From contig CDMY01000465.1 of assembly GCA_001179505.1 (NCBI GenBank), positions 7,230-71,229 on the forward strand: 64,000 bases of DNA. The letters run 5' to 3'. Origin of the DNA: Vitrella brassicaformis CCMP3155 (taxonomy: Eukaryota > Protista > Chromerida). This document shows positions 59,150-64,000 of the stretch, piece by piece. Both the position numbers and the translations under genes were made by a program. Position 1 is the first letter of the stretch. Every line of letters begins with the position of its first letter. A model generated the notes under the pieces. It was not told where the DNA came from. It searched no databases and worked only from the letters and a program-made list of their open reading frames with translations.

Positions 59150-60721
59150 ATGGCGGACGAGCGGAGCAAGACGCTCGTCATCGTCACGGGTGCGTCCCGC
59201 GGCCTCGGCAAAGCCATTGTCGTGGAAATGGCCAAGGCGCTGAGCAACTCTGCGGCGCACAAGAGGACCCACTTTCTGCTCATCGGACGGGTGAGTCAGC
59301 CAACAACAGACAGATCGGGCACCGGCTGAATGCAGCCACAAGGAATGTGCATCATCTCTGTGTGTGTGTGTGTGTTTGTGTGTGTGGTTTGTCCGTGTCT
59401 GCAGGACACAGATGGGATGGAGCAGAAAGGCAGGAGGCGCAGGACGGCATTGCAGAAGACGCACAACTGACGGTGGCCATCCACAGGTAACAGACAGACA
59501 GATAGATAGACACACCAGGCCCCCTACTCACTCTCTTTCTCTCTCTCTGTGTGTGTGTGCAGGTGTGACTTGGCTGGCCCGTTGGAGGACGTCGGCAGTG
59601 CTTTCGACGCGATTCTCTCATCTGAATGGACAGGCTCAGGCCCCTTCCACCAAGTGTAAGGCATGCAGACTGACTCTCCCTCTAACCAACCGCACCGAAG
59701 AAACCTCACTGTCCACTGTTGTCCTCTCGCCATGCAGTTACTTCATCCACAACTCGGCCAACACCGGCCCTCTCGACATCATCCGTGACATCTCTCCCGC
59801 CGAGATCCGCACCAACCTGCTCTTCAACATCGGCTCGCCCTTCCTCCTCACCGGCAGGCTGCTGCGGTTCGTCGCACCAAATGACGGCGCCGCCCCGCCA
59901 CGCGCCAAGAGGCTGCGGATCGTCAACATCAGCTCTCTGGGAGCCAAGGTGGCCTTTCCTGCGTCGGGTCTGTACTGCATGGGCAAGGCGGCGAGGGACA
60001 TGCTGATGCTGCAGGTAGCCGCTGAGGAGAAGGGCACCACGGAATACGATATCAAGACACTCAGCTATGCGCCAGGTGGGCGCGTGAATGCTTGTGCAGA
60101 TGGGGGACAGACAGATGTACACCATTGTGTGGTGTGTGTGGTGTGATTGGTGTGTGCAGGTCCGATGCGGACGGCGATGACTGAGCCTATGTTTGAGGGC
60201 AGGTGTGCTTCAGAGTCGGTCATTCAGTCCTTCAGGGACATGGAGAAGAACAATACGCTCGTCGACCCATGTAGGTGCGCCCCCCTCCCCTAACACACAC
60301 CCAATCTCACTCGGTGTGTGTGTGTGTAGATGAGACTTCCCGCAAGATGGTGAGGCTGCTGCTGGACGACAAGTACGAGTCGGGCGCCCACATCGACGTC
60401 TTCGACATCGAAGACGAGCCGTCTAATGAAGCTTTTGCACTGCAGGCTGAGGTGATGGCGGTGAGGGAGGAGAATCGGAGGCTCCGGACCGTCAACCCCA
60501 AGGTCGAGGTGGACCGCCGCGCCGTTCTGCCGTCTGCGGATTCTCCACCTGACGGTCGTCGTGGAGTGGTACACAGCCGATCGCTTGCTAGCCCCACAGC
60601 TGCCTCATTAGCCGGCTTGCTCGTCCGCGGTGTGTCACAGGAGGCTGCTGCTGCTCTGCCTCACCCCCATGGACAGCCACAGGCCCCACAGCATCAGCAG
60701 CCACAGCCACAGCCACAGTGA
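59150..60721 (+). CDS. SPR: Sepiapterin reductase-like SDR with a C-terminal extension
   Basis: VTGASRGLG, FIHNSANTG, IVNISS, YCMGKAARDM, LSYAPGPMRT and LL...YESGAHIDVFD all match the SPR subfamily pattern. There is a frame ambiguity in exon 2. Confidence 0.82.
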
Positions 60722-61700
60722 GAGAGAGAGAGAGAGAGAGAGAGGCGCGACTTTTTCCGGTTTTCAATGGCCCCTTCCATATTTGCGTGCGCTTTCGGAT
60801 GGACGAGAGTTTGATTCTCCAGAAGCTCATTTGCCTGCTGTCTAGGTTTCTTGCGGCTTGTGCTGAGGCAAGTCGTTTGGTTCCTGTGCAGTGGGGTGGT
60901 CGAGTGGCTGCTGGAGGAGGGAACTCTCCATCCGTCATCGAATGTATGTAGCATGGCCTCGACGTCTGTCTGTTTGTTGACGTGCATGGGTGTGCATTCC
61001 CCGCGGCTCACGGCTTGCCTGTCAATCTCGTATTCGCAGATGCGACATGCGAAGGACGATAGGCTTGCTGTGATAAACGTCAGAGCACCCCACGGACAGA
61101 GAGCGATGACGACAGGCAGTCTGTTTTGCGTGGAACGGCCTGCAAAGCTTTTCCGGCCCCTCCTCACTGGCAGATGAGTGCATACGCATGACAGCTTGCC
61201 AGACGCTACGACACATGCATTCCCTTGCCAAAATGGATGAATACGACCGCCATCGAGCTCGCTTAGCCATCATCCCGAAATGAGGCAATGAGCTTGCATT
61301 TTCCGAAAAATGACAGCGCGGCGTTGGCGGATGTGGTTGTGGTGTGCCAGCTGCTGTCGAGATGCTGTCGATCAGTTCACCTGCCGCCGCCGTATCTGTG
61401 AGTGCCGCTGATCTGGCCCATTGAGGTGCGAGAGGACCGGGGAGGCGTCAAAGGTAACAATACACGTTGTTTCTGTGTGCTTGTGTCAGGTTCTGTAACT
61501 CAGTCACAGATCATCGCTTTGAGATCTGGCCTCACGGCAAATGCGCTGACTGACAGGGCCGGTGAGGCCAAACGCCAGATCAATCTCTTTGATGCTCTGA
61601 CACACGTGCTGTCTGTGGTGCGGTATGTCTGCAGAAACACTCATTGCCTCGTCGAGCCTGCCTGCTGTGACGGCATGTGGTGACTGACTTGTGTTGATTG

Positions 61701-62750
61701 ATGGCGTCTTCGGTGCCCATCGACACGTGGCGTGCACGTGTGGTGGCGTGCCTGCAGCTGCCTGATGCGGCCGCTCTCCGCAACACATCCAACGCACTCG
61801 GCACCTCTGTTGTCACCGCCACTCTGCTGGTGGAGCGCATCGACGCGTCCCTCGCCCGCCACTCACTCACCGGCCTGATCGACATCAACCGCACGGCCCC
61901 CCTCTCATTCACCTATGTGCTGCGGGTGGCCTATGTGCTGGAGCAGGGCAGCAGCCAGGAGTGGCGTTTGATCGGTGTGGTCTTCATCCGCCTCGCCGCC
62001 ATCTATCGGCTGACGCCGGCCAGTGGGCTGCCCCTGGTGCTGCCGGTGCAGTGGCTGGTGACCAACCTCCCCAGCAAGACGGCCTTCCACCAGCTGCCCT
62101 TGGCCATGGCCATCTACCGCCTATTCGGCCACATGCTCACCCACCAGGGACATGGGAGCCTGGCGCTGCGGCAACTCATCAACCAACTGATCAACCCTCG
62201 CTATCGGATCGACAATGTGCCGTTTCGGGTGGTGCAGTTGAGTGACCTGCCGGCCGCCCACCCTTACACAGACGACTACAAGCGGACTGATCCCGTCATC
62301 CGACAGGACCTCCTTCTCCACTCCTCCTTCTCGTCATACCTGCTGCACGGGCTGCTCCGGTGGTGGAGTGTGTGGGTGGGCGTCAGGCAGGTGTTGACTG
62401 CACCTATCGTCGACGGTGACCCCCGCTATCGCCGTCTGCGGATGGAGCCCATCAGCGAGCAGCAGGGCATCGCTGTCGACCACCTCGTCGACAACGACAA
62501 CCTGAATAATGCCAACCCCATCCACCGTCGTTATGTGATCGTGAGTGGCTTCGGGCCCAACGAGACCGTCGCTGCCCATCTGAGGGTGGAGACCAGCCGC
62601 ATTTATCTGTGCACAACCGAGCGGTCTATTGGCGATCGGTCTCAGTCGCTCGACGTCCGCTTCCCCACATCGATGCCCCGCTGGCGTGCCGTGCTGCGGC
62701 ATTTAAACCTCGAGAACGACGTCATCAACCGAGGGACGGTGATGGAGTGA
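61701..62750 (+). CDS. Intronless hypothetical protein with a degenerate F-box-like N-terminus
   Basis: Open frame of 349 aa without introns. VPIDTWRARVVACLQLPDAAALRNTS resembles the F-box pattern LP.D.W..I...L...D...LR.VS. Confidence 0.7.
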   Translation: MASSVPIDTWRARVVACLQLPDAAALRNTSNALGTSVVTATLLVERIDASLARHSLTGLIDINRTAPLSFTYVLRVAYVLEQGSSQEWRLIGVVFIRLAAIYRLTPASGLPLVLPVQWLVTNLPSKTAFHQLPLAMAIYRLFGHMLTHQGHGSLALRQLINQLINPRYRIDNVPFRVVQLSDLPAAHPYTDDYKRTDPVIRQDLLLHSSFSSYLLHGLLRWWSVWVGVRQVLTAPIVDGDPRYRRLRMEPISEQQGIAVDHLVDNDNLNNANPIHRRYVIVSGFGPNETVAAHLRVETSRIYLCTTERSIGDRSQSLDVRFPTSMPRWRAVLRHLNLENDVINRGTVME

Positions 62751-62958
62751 GGACAGATGTGTGTGTGTGTGTGTGTGTGGTGAGATGGGGCCGAATGGGA
62801 TGGGTTGTGAAGTGGCTGATTGCATTCATGAAATGAAATGGATGCCATCACCTCTTCACACACAGCTGGACGGCGTTTGTGCATTTGTCTTGGACCTCCA
62901 CGCGCTGAGTGTGAAGTGTTTCCATCTCTCAGTGTTTCAATCCGCTATCTCAGTGGTT

Positions 62959-63292
62959 CCCTCCCCTAACACACACCCAATCTCACTCTGTGTGTGCGTG
63001 TGTGTGTGTGTGTGCAGATGTGACTTCCCGCAAGATGGTGAGGCTGCTGCTGGAGGACAAGTACGAGCCCGGCGCCCACATCGATGTCTTCGACAAGGAG
63101 AGGCCGTCCAACGAAGCTCCTGCTGGTGGTCGTCGCGTTAGGATTGGCGAACGGCAGCTGGGCGCCATAGCTGCCTTGTTTGCCAAATTGGCCGACGACG
63201 GTGCGTCGGCGGAGGAAATCGCTGCTGCGGAGGAGGAACCTGATGCTGCTGCTGCTCTGCCTCACCCCCATGGCCAGTCACCGCCGCAGTGA
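62959..63292 (+). other. Duplicate of the last intron and exon of the SPR-like gene
   Basis: 62959-63120 aligns with 60283-60430 (cctcccctaacacacacccaatctcactc...AG|AT G.G ACT TCC CGC AAG ATG GTG AGG CTG). The frame stays open to 63292. Confidence 0.85.
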
Positions 63293-64000
63293 CACATGGA
63301 TAGATGGATGGATGGACCTGATGTATTTGTGTATACAACAGAGGGCTGGCTGGGTGGGTCATGACGACAAGACAAATACACAAACGCTTCAGACAGATAG
63401 ACAGACAGACAGACACGCAGAGAGAAACAGACGAGACTTTTTGGTTTTCAATGTATTGATAGTGTGAGGACGTGAGCGGTGCATTGGACAGTGCTCCGAT
63501 CTCTGCCTTGCGGGCGAATGAATGTGGCCACTGGATTTCTATCCATCCATCCATCCATCCGTTCACATCAATCGCACCCATCACTCACACCTGTCCACAC
63601 GCACGGCTATGGATCGGTGAGTGCATGGCCGTCAGTGGACGACATCCATCCACCCACTTCTGTCTGTCTGCACAAGGAAGGAGAGAAGATGCCAAACTAC
63701 GAGCCATCCATCCATCCACAACGAGGGAGAAAGATCAACGCATTTCGGATAATATTTCTGAGAGATGGACAGTGTCGGTTCATTTCTGACCCTTCCATCC
63801 CTCTGTATCGACCAGCCAGTCACACTCTGTCGTGTCTTCCTCGGCACTCATCAGCCACATCGTCGCCACGCCAACACACACTCCACTGCAGTGGAGTTGG
63901 CGTGGCGACGATCTGGCTGATGAGCCCTGAGTCGGACCGGGCATGGTGGTACACACGACACACGAGGCACTCTGCATCCAGCAATGGATTGTCTGCATTA

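Noticed and set aside
61490-61622. Exon-like segment GSVTQSQIIALRSGLTANAL... upstream of the F-box-like ORF
   Set aside because: It is AG/GT-bounded, but I could not link it in frame to any gene. Left unassigned.
1-64000. rRNA, tRNA, transposase/RT/integrase, CRISPR or operon-type defence loci
   Set aside because: No supporting motifs or structures were seen by eye. Covariance-model and repeat-library searches were not possible.

Overview
Intron-rich, ~60% GC eukaryotic DNA with short (mostly ~50-150 nt) spliceosomal introns full of (CA)n/(GACA)n/(TGGA)n repeats. Gene content (ApiAP2-like domains, EF-hand pseudophosphatase, PI4K-beta, Tim44) points to an alveolate, most likely a chromerid such as Vitrella brassicaformis (inference). 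Most ORFs in the supplied track are intron read-throughs or antisense shadows, so I rebuilt about 21 gene models by hand from splice phases. There are two 300-N gaps (7338-7637, 12925-13224). I found no rRNA, tRNA, CRISPR array or recognisable transposase. The top candidate for an undescribed system is one spliced gene at 39349-43238. It joins two RPA70N-like OB folds and RPA1-like ssDNA-binding domains A and B to an H-Y-E PARP catalytic domain in place of RPA1 DBD-C, and lies head-to-head with a RING E3 gene. Other highlights: a five-AP2-domain protein built from duplicated phase-1 exons, a secreted Cys-rich FNR-fold protein, and an 86-aa microprotein with two GC-AG introns. There is also a triplicated, frameshifted kinase/RecQ-like module, a duplicated terminal exon of sepiapterin reductase enclosing an intronless F-box-like gene, and 12 consecutive genes in strictly alternating orientation.
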